Shown here: piece by piece, positions 30,001 to 45,000 of the stretch
Layout: the number at the start of each line of letters is the position of its first letter
Numbering within the stretch: the first letter of the stretch is position 1
NCBI GenBank assembly: GCA_964016885.1
Contig: OZ024752.1
Coordinates: 18,352,001-18,416,000 of the forward strand
DNA length: 64,000 bases
Source: Eledone cirrhosa
Lineage: Eukaryota
Reading direction: 5' to 3'
The notes under the pieces: generated by a model
The model's input: the letters and a program-made list of their open reading frames with translations, nothing else
Told to the model about the DNA's origin: nothing
Databases searched by the model: none
Translations under genes and position numbers: made by a program

Positions 30001-33000
30001 TAGCTGTATCACAACATATAACAAAGATTGCTGTGGTTAGCTGTAACACAACATATAGCAAGGATAGCCATATTTAACTGTATCACAACATATGACAAAG
30101 ATAGCCATAGTTAGCTGTATCACAACATATACCAAGGATAGCTGTGGTTAGCTGTATCACAACATATAACAAAGATAGCTGTGGTTAGCTGTATCACAAC
30201 ATATAACAAAGATTGCTGTGGTTAGCTGTATCACAACATATAGCAAAGATAGCTGTTGTTAGCTGTATCACAACATATAAGAAAGATAGCTGTGGTTAGC
30301 TGTATCACAACATATAACAAAGATAGCTGTGGTTAGCTCTATCACAACATATAACAAAGATAGCTGTGGTTAGCTGTATCACAACATATACCAAGGATAG
30401 CTGTGGTTAGCTGTATCACAACATATAACAAAGATTGCTGTGGTTAGCTGTAACACAACATATAGCAAAGATAGCCATAGTTAGCTGTATCACAACATAT
30501 AACAAAGATAGCCAGAGTTAGCTGTATCACAACATATAGCAAAGATAGCCATAATTAGCTGTATCACAACATATAGCAAAGATAGACATAGTTAGCTGTA
30601 TCACAACATATAACAAAGATAGCTGTTGTTAGCTGTATCACAACATATAACAAAGATAGCTGTTGTTAGCTGTATCACAACATATAACAAAGATAGCTGT
30701 GGTTAGCTGTATCACAACATATAACAAAGATAGCCATAGTTAGCTGTATCACAACATATAGCAAAGATAGCTGTGGTTAGCTGTATCACAACATATAACA
30801 AAGATAGCTGTGGTTAGCTGTACCACAACATATAACAAAGATAGCTGTGGTTAGCTGTATCACAACATATAGCAAGGATAGCCATATTTAACTGTATCAC
30901 AACATATAACAAAGATAGCTGTGGTTAGCTGTATCACAACATATAGCAAGGATAGCCATAGTTAGCTCTATCACAACATATAACAAAGATAGTTGTGGTT
31001 AGCTGTATCACAACATATAGCAAAGATAGCTCTGGTTAGCTGTATCACAACATATAGCAAGGATAGACATAGTTAGCTGTATCACAACATATAACAAAGA
31101 TAGCTGTGGTTAGCTGTATCACAACATATAGCAAGGATAGCCATAGTTAGCTGTATCACAACATATAACAAAGATAGCCATTGTTAGCTGTATCACAACA
31201 TATAACAAAGATAGCCATAGTTAGCTGTATCACAACATATACCAAGGATAGCTGTGGTTAGCTGTATCACAACATATAACAAAGATAGCTGTGGTTAGCT
31301 GTATCACAACATATAGCAAGGATAGCCATAGTTAGCTGTATCACAACATATAACAAAGATAGCTGTGGTTAGCTGTATCACAACATATAACAAAGATAGC
31401 TGTAGTTAGCTGTATCACAACATATACCAAGGATAGCTGTGGTTAGCTGTATCACAACATATGACAAAGATAGCTGTGGTTAGCTGTATCACAACATATA
31501 ACAAAGATAGCTGTGGTTAGCTGTATCACAACATATAGCAAAGATAGCTGTGGTTAGCTGTATCACAACATATAACAAAGATTGCTGTGGTTAGCTGTAT
31601 CACAACATATAACAAAGATTGCTGTGGTTAGCTGTATCAGAACATATAGCAAAGATAGCTGTGGTTAGCTGTATCACAACATATACCAAGGATAGCTGTG
31701 GTTAGCTGTATCACAACATATAACAAAGATAGCTGTGGTTAGCTGTATCACAACATATAACAAAGATAGCTGTGGTTAGCTGTATCACAACATATAACAA
31801 AGATTGCTGTGGTTAGCTGTATCACAACATATAACAAAGATAGCTGTGGTTAGCTGTATCAGAACATATAGCAAAGATAGCCATAGTTAGCTGTATCACA
31901 ACATATAACAAAGATAACCATAGTTAGCTGTATCACAACATATAACAAAGATAGCCATAGTTAGCTGTATCACAACATATAACAAAGATTGCTGTGGTTA
32001 GCTGTATCACAACCTTTAACAAAGATAGCCATAGTTAGCTGTATCACAACATATAACAAAGATAGCCATAGTTAGCTGTATCACAACATATAACAAAGAT
32101 TGCTGTGGTTAGCTGTATCACAACATATAACAAAGATTGCTGTGGTTAGCTGTATCACAACATATAGCAAAGATAGCTGTTGTTAGCTGTATCACAACAT
32201 ATAACAAAGATAGCTGTGGTTAGCTGTATCACAACATATAACAAAGATAGCTGTGGTTAGCTGTATCACAACATATAACAAAGATAGATGTGGTTAGCTG
32301 TATCACAACATATACCAAGGATAGCTGTGGTTAGCTGTATCACAACATATAACAAAGATTGCTGTGGTTAGCTGTATCACAACATATGACAAAGATAGCT
32401 GTGGTTAGCTGTATCACAACATATAACAAAGATAGCTGTGGTTAGCTGTATCACAACATATAGCAAAGATAGCTGTGGTTAGCTGTATCACAACATATAG
32501 CAAAGATAGCCATAGTTAGCTGTATCACAACATATAACAAAGATAACCATAGCTAGCTGTATCACAACATATAACAAAGATAGCCATAGTTAGCTGTATC
32601 ACAACATATAACAAAGATTGCTGTGGTTAGCTGTATCACAACATATAACAAAGATTGCTGTGGTTAGCTGTATCACAACATATAACAAAGATTGCTGTGG
32701 TTAGCTGTATCACAACATATAACAAAGATAGCCATAGTTAGCTGTATCACAACATATAACAAAGATAGCCATAGTTAGCTGTATCACAACATATAACAAA
32801 GATAACCATAGCTAGCTGTATCACAACATATAACAAAGATAGCCATAGTTAGCTGTATCACAACATATAACAAAGATAGCTGTGGTTAGCTGTATCACAA
32901 CATATAACAAAGATTGCTGTGGTTAGCTGTATCACAACATATAACAAAGAAAGCTGTGGTTAGCTGTATCACAACATATAACAAAGATAGCCATAGTTAG

Positions 33001-36000
33001 CTGTATCACAACATATAACAAAGATAGCCATAGTTAGCTGTATCACAACATATAACAAACATAGCCATTGTTAGCTGTATCACAACATATAACAAAGATA
33101 GCTGTGGTTAGCTGTATCACAACATATAACAAAGATAGCTGTGGTTAGCTGTATCACAACCTTTAACAAAGATAGCCATAGTTAGCTGTATCACAACATA
33201 TAACAAAGATAGCCATTGTTAGCTGTATCACAACATATAACAAAGATAGCTGTGGTTAGCTGTATCACAACATATAACAAAGATAGCCATAGTTAGCAGT
33301 CTCACAACATATAACAAAGATAGCCATAGTTAGCCGTATCACAACATATAGCAAAGATAGCTGTGGTTAGCTGTCTCACAACATATAACAAAGATAGCTG
33401 TGGTTAACTGAATCACAACATATAGCAAAGATAGCCATAGTTAGCTGTATCACAACATATAGCAAAGATAGCCATAGTTAGCTGTATCACAACATATAAC
33501 AAAGATAGCCATAGTTATCTGTATCACAACATATAACAAAGATAGCTGTTGTTAGCTGTATCACAACATATAGCAAAGATAGCTGTGGTTAGCTGTATCA
33601 CAACATATAACAAAGATAGCTGTGGTTAACTGAATCACAACATATAGCAAAGATAGCCATAGTTAGCTGTATCACAACATATAGCAAAGATAGCCATAGT
33701 TAGCTGTATCACAACATATAACAAAGATTGCTGTGGTTAGCTGTATCACAACATATAACAAAGATTGCTGTGGTTAGCTGTATCACAACATATAACAAAG
33801 ATTGCTGTGGTTAGCTGTATCACAACATATAACAAAGATTGCTGTGGTTAGCTGTATCACAACATATAGCAAAGATAGCTGTTGTTAGCTGTATCACAAC
33901 ATATAAGAAAGATAGCTGTGGTTAGCTGTATCACAACATATAACAAAGATAGCTGTGGTTAGCTGTATCACAACATATAACAAAGATAGCTGTGGTTAGC
34001 TGTATCACAACATATACCAAGGATAGCTGTATCACAACATATAACAAAGATAGCTGTGGTTAGCTGTATCACAACATATAACAAAGATAGCTGTGGTTAG
34101 CTGTATCACAACATATAGCAAAGATAGCTGTGGTTAGCTGTATCACAACATATAGCAAAGATAGCCATAGTTAGCTGTATCACAACATATAACAAAGATA
34201 ACCATAGTTAGCTGTATCACAACATATAACAAAGATAGCCATAGTTAGCTGTATCACAACATATAACAAAGATAGCCGTGGTTAGCTGTATCACAACATA
34301 TAACAAAGATAGCTGTGGTTAGCTGTATCACAACATATACCAAGGATAGCTGTGGTTAGCTGTATCACAACATATAACAAAGATAGCTGTGGTTAGCTGT
34401 ATCACAACATATAACAAAGATAGCTGTGGTTAGCTGTATCACAACATATAGCAAAGATAGCTGTGGTTAGCTGTATCACAACATATAGCAAAGATAGCCA
34501 TAGTTAGCTGTATCACAACATATAACAAAGATAACCATAGTTAGCTGTATCACAACATATGACAAAGATAGCCATAGTTAGCTGTATCACAACATATGAC
34601 AAAGATTGCTGTGGTTAGCTGTATCACAACCTTTAACAAAGATAGCCATAGTTAGCTGTATCACAACATATAGCAAAGATAGCTGTGGTTAGCTGTATCA
34701 GAACATATAGCAAAGATAGCTGTGGTTAGCTGTATCACAACATATAGCAAAGATAGCCATAGTTAGCTGTATCACAACATATAACAAAGATAACCATAGT
34801 TAGCTGTATCACAACATATAAAAAAGATAGCCATAGTTAGCTGTATCACAACATATGACAAAGATTGCTGTGGTTAGCTGTATCACAACCTTTAACAAAG
34901 ATAGCCATAGTTAGCTGTATCACAACATATAACAAAGATTGCTGTGGTTAGCTGTATCACAACATATAACAAAGAAAGCTGTGGTTAGCTGTATCACAAC
35001 ATATAACAAAGATAGCCATAGTTAGCTGTATCACAACATATAACAAAGATAGCCATAGTTAGCTGTATCACAACATATAACAAACATAGCCATTGTTAGC
35101 TGTATCACAACATATAACAAAGATAGCTGTGGTTAGCTGTATCACAACATATAACAAAGATAGCTGTGGTTAGCTGTATCACAACCTTTAACAAAGATAG
35201 CCATAGTTAGCTGTATCACAACTTATAACAAAGATAGCCATTGTTAGCTGTATCACAACATATAACAAAGATAGCTGTGGTTAGCTGTATCACAACATAT
35301 AACAAAGATAGCCATAGTTAGCAGTCTCACAACATATAACAAAGATAGCCATAGTTAGCCGTATCACAACATATAGCAAAGATAGCTGTGGTTAGCTGTC
35401 TCACAACATATAACAAAGATAGCTGTGGTTAACTGAATCACAACATATAGCAAAGATAGCCATAGTTAGCTGTATCACAACATATAGCAAAGATAGCCAT
35501 AGTTAGCTGTATCACAACATATAACAAAGATAGCTGTTGTTAGCTGTATCACAACATATAGCAAAGATAGCTGTGGTTAGCTGTATCACAACATATAACA
35601 AAGATAGCTGTGGTTAACTGAATCACAACATATAGTAAAGATAGCCATAGTTAGCTGTATCACAACATATAGCAAAGATAGCCATAGTTAGCTGTATCAC
35701 AACATATAACAAAGATTGCTGTGGTTAGCTGTATCACAACATATAACAAAGATTGCTGTGGTTAGCTGTATCACAACATATAACAAAGATAGCTGTGGTT
35801 AGCTGTATCACAACATATAACAAAGATTGCTGTGGTTAGCTGTATCACAACATATAACAAAGATTGCTGTGGTTAGCTGTATCACAACATATAGCAAAGA
35901 TAGCTGTTGTTAGCTGTATCACAACATATAAGAAAGATAGCTGTGGTTAGCTGTATCACAACATATAACAAAGATAGCTGTGGTTAGCTGTATCACAACA

Positions 36001-39000
36001 TATAACAAAGATAGCTGTGGTTAGCTGTATCACAACATATAGCAAAGATAGCTGTGGTTAGCTGTATCAGAACATATAGCAAAGATAGCCATAGTTAGCT
36101 GTATCACAACATATAACAAAGATAACCATAGTTAGCTGTATCACAACATATAACAAAGATAGCCATAGTTAGGTGTATCACAACATATAACAAAGATTGC
36201 TGTGGTTAGCTGTATCACAACCTTTAACAAAGATAGCCATAGTTAGCTGTATCACAACATATAAGAAAGATAGCCATAGTTAGCTGTATCACAACATATA
36301 GCAAAGATAGCTGTGGTTAGCTGTATCACAACATATAACAAAGATAGCTGTGGTTAGCTGTATCACAACATATAGCAAAGATAGCTGTTGTTAACTGTAT
36401 CACAACATATAACAAAGATTGCTGTGGTTAGCTGTATCACAACATATAAGAAAGATTGCTGTGGTTAGCTGTATCACAACATATAGCAAAGATAGCTGTT
36501 GTTAGCTGTATCACAACATATAACAAAGATAGCTGTGGTTAGCTGTATCACAACATATAACAAAGATAGCTGTGGTTAGCTGTATCACAACATATAACAA
36601 AGATAGATGTGGTTAGCTGTATCACAACATATACCAAGGATAGCTGTGGTTAGCTGTATCACAACATATAACAAAGATTGCTGTGGTTAGCTGTATCACA
36701 ACATATGACAAAGATAGCTGTGGTTAGCTGTATCACAACATATAACAAAGATAGCTGTGGTTAGCTGTATCACAACATATAGCAAAGATAGCTGTGGTTA
36801 GCTGTATCACAACATATAGCAAAGATAGCCATAGTTAGCTGTATCACAACATATAACAAAGATTGCTGTGGTTAGCTGTATCACAACCTTTAACAAAGAT
36901 AGCCATAGTTAGCTGTATCACAACATATAACAAAGATAGCTGTGGTTAGCTGTATCACAACATATAACAAAGATTGCTGTGGTTAGCTGTATCACAACAT
37001 ATAACAAAGAAAGCTGTGGTTAGCTGTATCACAACATATAACAAAGATAGCCATAGTTAGCTGTATCACAACATATAACAAAGATAGCCATAGTTAGCTG
37101 TATCACAACATATAACAAACATAGCCATTGTTAGCTGTATCACAACATATAACAAAGATAGCTGTGGTTAGCTGTATCACAACATATAACAAAGATAGCT
37201 GTGGTTAGCTGTATCACAACCTTTAACAAAGATAGCCATAGTTAGCTGTATCACAACATATAACAAAGATAGCTGTGGTTAGCTGTATCACAACATATAA
37301 CAAAGATAGCCATAGTTAGCAGTCTCACAACATATAACAAAGATAGCCATAGTTAGCCGTATCACAACATATAGCAAAGATAGCTGTGGTTAGCTGTCTC
37401 ACAACATATAACAAAGATAGCTGTGGTTAACTGAATCACAACATATAGCAAAGATAGCCATAGTTAGCTGTATCACAACATATAGCAAAGATAGCCATAG
37501 TTAGCTGTATCACAACATATAACAAAGATAGCCATAGTTATCTGTATCACAACATATAACAAAGATAGCTGTTGTTAGCTGTATCACAACATATAGCAAA
37601 GATAGCTGTGGTTAGCTGTATCACAACATATAACAAAGATAGCTGTGGTTAACTGAATCACAACATATAGCAAAGATAGCCATAGTTAGCTGTATCACAA
37701 CATATAGCAAAGATAGCCATAGTTAGCTGTATCACAACATATAACAAAGATTGCTGTGGTTAGCTGTATCACAACATATAACAAAGATTGCTGTGGTTAG
37801 CTGTATCACAACATATAACAAAGATTGCTGTGGTTAGCTGTATCACAACATATAACAAAGATAGCTGTGGTTAGCTGTATCACAACATATAACAAAGATA
37901 GCTGTGGTTAGCTGTATCACAACATATACCAAGGATAGCTGTGGTTAGCTGTATCACAACATATAACAAAGATAGCTGTGGTTAGCTGTATCACAACATA
38001 TAACAAAGATAGCTGTGGTTAGCTGTATCACAACATATAGCAAAGATAGCTGTGGTTAGCTGTATCACAACATATAGCAAAGATAGCCATAGTTAGCTGT
38101 ATCAAAACATATAACAAAGATAGCTGTGGTTAGCTGTATCAAAACATATAACAAAGATAACCATAGTTAGCTGTATCACAACATATAACAAAGATAGCCA
38201 TAGTTAGCTGTATCACAACATATAACAAAGATAGCTGTGGTTAGCTGTATCACAACATATAACAAAGATAGCTGTGGTTAGCTGTATCACAACATATACC
38301 AAGGATAGCTGTGGTTAGCTGTATCACAACATATAACAAAGATAGCTGTGGTTAGCTGTATCACAACATATAACAAAGATAGCTGTGGTTAGCTGTATCA
38401 CAACATATAGCAAAGATAGCTGTGGTTAGCTGTATCACAACATATAGCAAAGATAGCCATAGTTAGCTGTATCACAACATATAACAAAGATAACCAGAGT
38501 TAGCTGTATCACAACATATAACAAAGATAGCCATAGTTAGCTGTATCACAACATATGACAAAGATTGCTGTGGTTAGCTGTATCACAACCTTTAACAAAG
38601 ATAGCCATAGTTAGCTGTATCACAACATATAACAAAGATAGCTGTGGTTAGCTGTATCACAACATATAACAAAGATTGCTGTGGTTAGCTGTATCACAAC
38701 ATATAACAAAGAAAGCTGTGGTTAGCTGTATCACAACATATAACAAAGATAGCCATAGTTAGCTGTATCACAACATATAACAAAGATAGCCATAGTTAGC
38801 TGTATCACAACATATAACAAACATAGCCATTGTTAGCTGTATCACAACATATAACAAAGATAGCTGTGGTTAGCTGTATCACAACATATAACAAAGATAG
38901 CTGTGGTTAGCTGTATCACAACCTTTAACAAAGATAGCCATAGTTAGCTGTATCACAACATATAACAAAGATAGCCATTGTTAGCTGTATCACAACATAT

Positions 39001-42000
39001 AACAAAGATAGCTGTGGTTAGCTGTATCACAACATATAACAAAGATAGCCATAGTTAGCAGTCTCACAACATATAACAAAGATAGCCATAGTTAGCCGTA
39101 TCACAACATATAGCAAAGATAGCTGTGGTTAGCTGTCTCACAACATATAACAAAGATAGCTGTGGTTAACTGAATCACAACATATAGCAAAGATAGCCAT
39201 AGTTAGCTGTATCACAACATATAGCAAAGATAGCCATAGTTAGCTGTATCACAACATATAACAAAGATAGCTGTTGTTAGCTGTATCACAACATATAGCA
39301 AAGATAGCTGTGGTTAGCTGTATCACAACATATAACAAAGATAGCTGTGGTTAACTGAATCACAACATATAGCAAAGATAGCCATAGTTAGCTGTATCAC
39401 AACATATAGCAAAGATAGCCATAGTTAGCTGTATCACAACATATAACAAAGATTGCTGTGGTTAGCTGTATCACAACATATAACAAAGATTGCTGTGGTT
39501 AGCTGTATCACAACATATAACAAAGATAGCTGTGGTTAGCTGTATCACAACATATAACAAAGATTGCTGTGGTTAGCTGTATCACAACATATAACAAAGA
39601 TTGCTGTGGTTAGCTGTATCACAACATATAGCAAAGATAGCTGTTGTTAGCTGTATCACAACATATAAGAAAGATAGCTGTGGTTAGCTGTATCACAACA
39701 TATAACAAAGATAGCTGTGGTTAGCTGTATCACAACATATAACAAAGATAGCTGTGGTTAGCTGTATCACAACATATACCAAGGATAGCTGTGGTTAGCT
39801 GTATCACAACATATAACAAAGATTGCTGTGGTTAGCTGTATCACAACATATAGCAAAGATAGCCATAGTTAGCTGTATCACAACATATAACAAAGATAGC
39901 CAGAGTTAGCTGTATCACAACATATAGCAAAGATAGCCATAATTAGCTGTATCACAACATATAGCAAAGATAGACATAGTTAGCTGTATCACAACATATA
40001 ACAAAGATAGCTGTTGTTAGCTGTATCACAACATATAACAAAGATAGCTGTTGTTAGCTGTATCACAACATATAACAAAGATAGCTGTGGTTAGCTGTAT
40101 CACAACATATGACAAAGATAGCCATAGTTAGCTGTATCACAACATATAGCAAGGATAGCCATATTTAGCTGTATCAGAACATATAACAAAGATAGCTGTG
40201 GTTAGCTGTATCACAACATATAGCAAGGATAGCCATAGTTAGCTCTATCACAACATATAACAAAGATAGTTGTGGTTAGCTGTATCACAACATATAGCAA
40301 AGATAGCTCTGGTTAGCTGTATCACAACATATAGCAAGGATAGACATAGTTAGCTGTATCACAACATATAACAAAGATAGCTGTGGTTAGCTGTATCACA
40401 ACATATAGCAAGGATAGCCATAGTTAGCTGTATCACAACATATAACAAAGATAGCCATTGTTAGCTGTATCACAACATATAACAAAGATAGCCATAGTTA
40501 GCTGTATCACAACATATACCAAGGATAGCTGTGGTTAGCTGTATCACAACATATAACAAAGATAGCTGTGGTTAGCTGTATCACAACATATAGCAAGGAT
40601 AGCCATAGTTAGCTGTATCACAACATATAACAAAGATAGCTGTGGTTAGCTGTATCACAACATATAACAAAGATAGCTGTGGTTAGCTGTATCACAACAT
40701 ATACCAAGGATAGCTGTGGTTAGCTGTATCACAACATATGACAAAGATAGCTGTGGTTAGCTGTATCACAACATATAACAAAGATAGCTGTGGTTAGCTG
40801 TATCACAACATATAGCAAAGATAGCTGTGGTTAGCTGTATCACAACATATAGCAAAGATAGCCATAGTTAGCTGTATCACAACATATAACAAAGATAACC
40901 ATAGTTAGCTGTATCACAACATATAACAAAGATAGCCATAGTTAGCTGTATCACAACATATAACAAAGATTGCTGTGGTTAGCTGTATCACAACTTATAA
41001 CAAAGATAGCTGTGGTTAGCTGTATCACAACATATAACAAAGATAGCCATAGTTAGCTGTATCACAACATATAACAAAGATAGCCATAGTTAGCTGTATC
41101 ACAACATATAACAAAGATAGCCATTGTTAGCTGTATCACAACATATAACAAAGATAGCTGTGGTTAGCTGTATCACAACATATAACAAAGATAGCTGTGG
41201 TTAGCTGTATCACAACCTTTAACAAAGATAGCCATAGTTAGCTGTATCACAACATATAACAAAGATAGCCATTGTTAGCTGTATCACAACATATAACAAA
41301 GATAGCCATAGTTAGCTGTATCACAACATATAACAAAGATAGCCATAGTTAGCTGTATCACAACATATAACAAAGATTGCTGTGGTTAGCTGTATCACAA
41401 CTTATAACAAAGATAGCTGTGGTTAGCTGTATCACAACATATAACAAAGATAGCCATAGTTAGCTGTATCACAACATATAACAAAGATAGCCATAGTTAG
41501 CTGTATCACAACATATAACAAAGATAGCCATTGTTAGCTGTATCACAACATATAACAAAGATAGCTGTGGTTAGCTGTATCACAACATATAACAAAGATA
41601 GCTGTGGTTAGCTGTATCACAACCTTTAACAAAGATAGCCATAGTTAGCTGTATCACAACATATAACAAAGATAGCCATTGTTAGCTGTATCACAACATA
41701 TAACAAAGATAGCTGTGGTTAGCTGTATCACAACATATAACAAAGATAGCCATAGTTAGCCGTATCACAACATATAGCAACGATAGCTGTGGTTAGCTGT
41801 CTCACAACATATAACAAAGATAGCTGTGGTTAACTGAATCACAACATATAGGAAAGATAGCCATAGTTAGCTGTATCACAACATATAGCAAAGATAGCCA
41901 TAGTTAGCTGTATCACAACATATAACAAAGATAGCCATAGTTATCTGTATCACAACATATAACAAAGATAGCTGTTGTTAGCTGTATCACAACATATAGC

Positions 42001-45000
42001 AAAGATAGCTGTGGTTAGCTGTATCACAACATATAACAAAGATAGCTGTGGTTAACTGAATCACAACATATAGCAAAGATAGCCATAGTTAGCTGTATCA
42101 CAACATATAGCAAAGATAGCCATAGTTAGCTGTATCACAACCTTTAACAAAGATAGCTGTGGTTAGCTGTATCACAACATATAACAAAGATTGCTGTGGT
42201 TAGCTGTATCACAACATATAACAAAGATTGCTGTGGTTAGCTGTATCACAACATATAACAAAGATTGCTGTGGTTAGCTGTATCACAACATATAACAAAG
42301 ATAGCTGTGGTTAGCTGTATCACAACATATAACAAAGATTGCTGTGGTTAGCTGTATCACAACATATAACAAAGATTGCTGTGGTTAGCTGTATCACAAC
42401 ATATAGCAAATATAGCTGTTGTTAGCTGTATCACAACATATAACAAAGATAGCTGTGGTTAGCTGTATCACAACATATAACAAAGATAGCTGTGGTTAGC
42501 TGTATCACAACATATAACAAAGATAGATGTGGTTAGCTGTATCACAACATATACCAAGGATAGCTGTGGTTAGCTGTATCACAACATATAGCAAAGATAG
42601 CCATAGTTAGCTGTATCACAACATATAACAAAGATAGCCATAGTTAGCTTTATCACAAAATATAGCAAAGATAGCTGTGGTTAGCTGTATCACAACATAT
42701 ACCAAGGATAGCTGTGGTTAGCTGTATCACAACATATAGCAAAGATAGCCATAGTTAGCTGTATCACAACATATAACAAAGATAGCTGTGGTTAGCTGTA
42801 TCACAACATATAGCAAAGATAGCCATAGTTAGCTGTATCACAACATATAACAAAGATAGCTGTGGTTAGCTGTATCACAACATATAGCAAAGATAGCCAT
42901 AGTTAGCTGTATCACAACATATGACAAAGATAGCCATAGTTAGCTGTATCACAACATATAACAAAGATAGCTGTGGTTAGCTGTATCACAACATATAACA
43001 AAGATTGCTGTGGTTAGCTGTATCACAACATATAGCAAAGATAGCTGTTGTTAGCTGTATCACAACATATAAGAAAGATAGCTGTGGTTAGCTGTATCAC
43101 AACATATGACAAAGATAGCTGTGGTTAGCTGTATCACAACATATAACAAAGATAGCTGTGGTTAGCTGTATCACAACATATACCAAGGATAGCTGTGGTT
43201 AGCTGTATCACAACATATAACAAAGATTGCTGTGGTTAGCTGTATCACAACATATAGCAAAGATAGCCATAGTTAGCTGTATCACAACATATAACAAAGA
43301 TAGCCAGAGTTAGCTGTATCACAACATATAGCAAAGATAGCCATAATTAGCTGTATCACAACATATAGCAAAGATAGACATAGTTAGCTGTATCACAACA
43401 TATAACAAAGATAGCTGTTGTTAGCTGTATCACAACATATAACAAAGATAGCTGTTGTTAGCTGTATCACAACATATAACAAAGATAGCTGTGGTTAGCT
43501 GTATCACAACATATAACAAAGATAGCCATAGTTAGCTGTATCACAACATATAGCAAAGATAGCTGTGGTTAGCTGTATCACAACATATAACAAAGATAGC
43601 TGTGGTTAGCTGTACCACAACATATAACAAAGATAGCTGTGGTTAGCTGTATCACAACATATAGCAAGGATAGCCATATTTAACTGTATCACAACATATA
43701 ACAAAGATAGCTGTGGTTAGCTGTATCACAACATATAGCAAGGATAGCCATAGTTAGCTCTATCACAACATATAACAAAGATAGTTGTGGTTAGCTGTAT
43801 CACAACATATAGCAAAGATAGCTCTGGTTAGCTGTATCACAACATATAGCAAGGATAGACATAGTTAGCTGTATCACAACATATAACAAAGATAGCTGTG
43901 GTTAGCTGTATCACAACATATAGCAAGGATAGCCATAGTTAGCTGTATCACAACATATAACAAAGATAGCCATTGTTAGCTGTATCACAACATATAACAA
44001 AGATAGCCATAGTTAGCTGTATCACAACATATACCAAGGATAGCTGTGGTTAGCTGTATCACAACATATAACAAAGATAGCTGTGGTTAGCTGTATCACA
44101 ACATATAGCAAGGATAGCCATAGTTAGCTGTATCACAACATATAACAAAGATAGCTGTGGTTAGCTGTATCACAACATATAACAAAGATAGCTGTGGTTA
44201 GCTGTATCACAACATATACCAAGGATAGCTGTGGTTAGCTGTATCACAACATATGACAAAGATATCTGTGGTTAGCTGTATCACAACATATAACAAAGAT
44301 AGCTGTGGTTAGCTGTATCACAACATATAGCAAAGATAGCTGTGGTTAGCTGTATCACAACATATAGCAAAGATAGCCATAGTTAGCTGTATCACAACAT
44401 ATAACAAAGATAACCATAGTTCGCTGTATCACAACATATAACAAAGATAGCCATAGTTAGCTGTATCACAACATATAACAAAGATTGCTGTGGTTAGCTG
44501 TATCACAACCTTTAACAAAGATAGCCATAGTTAGCTGTATCACAACATATAACAAAGATAGCCATAGTTAGCTGTATCACAACATATAACAAAGATTGCT
44601 GTGGTTAGCTGTATCACAACTTATAACAAAGATAGCTGTGCTTAGCTGTATCACAACATATAACAAAGATAGCCATAGTTAGCTGTATCACAACATATAA
44701 CAAAGATAGCCATAGTTAGCTGTATCACAACATATAACAAAGATAGCCATTGTTAGCTGTATCACAACATATAACAAAGATAGCTGTGGTTAGCTGTATC
44801 ACAACATATAACAAAGATAGCTGTGGTTAGCTGTATCACAACCTTTAACAAAGATAGCCATAGTTAGCTGTATCACAACATATAACAAAGATAGCCATTG
44901 TTAGCTCTATCACAACATATAACAAAGATAGCTGTGGTTAGCTGTATCACAACATATAACAAAGATAGCCATAGTTAGCAGTCTCACAACATATGACAAA

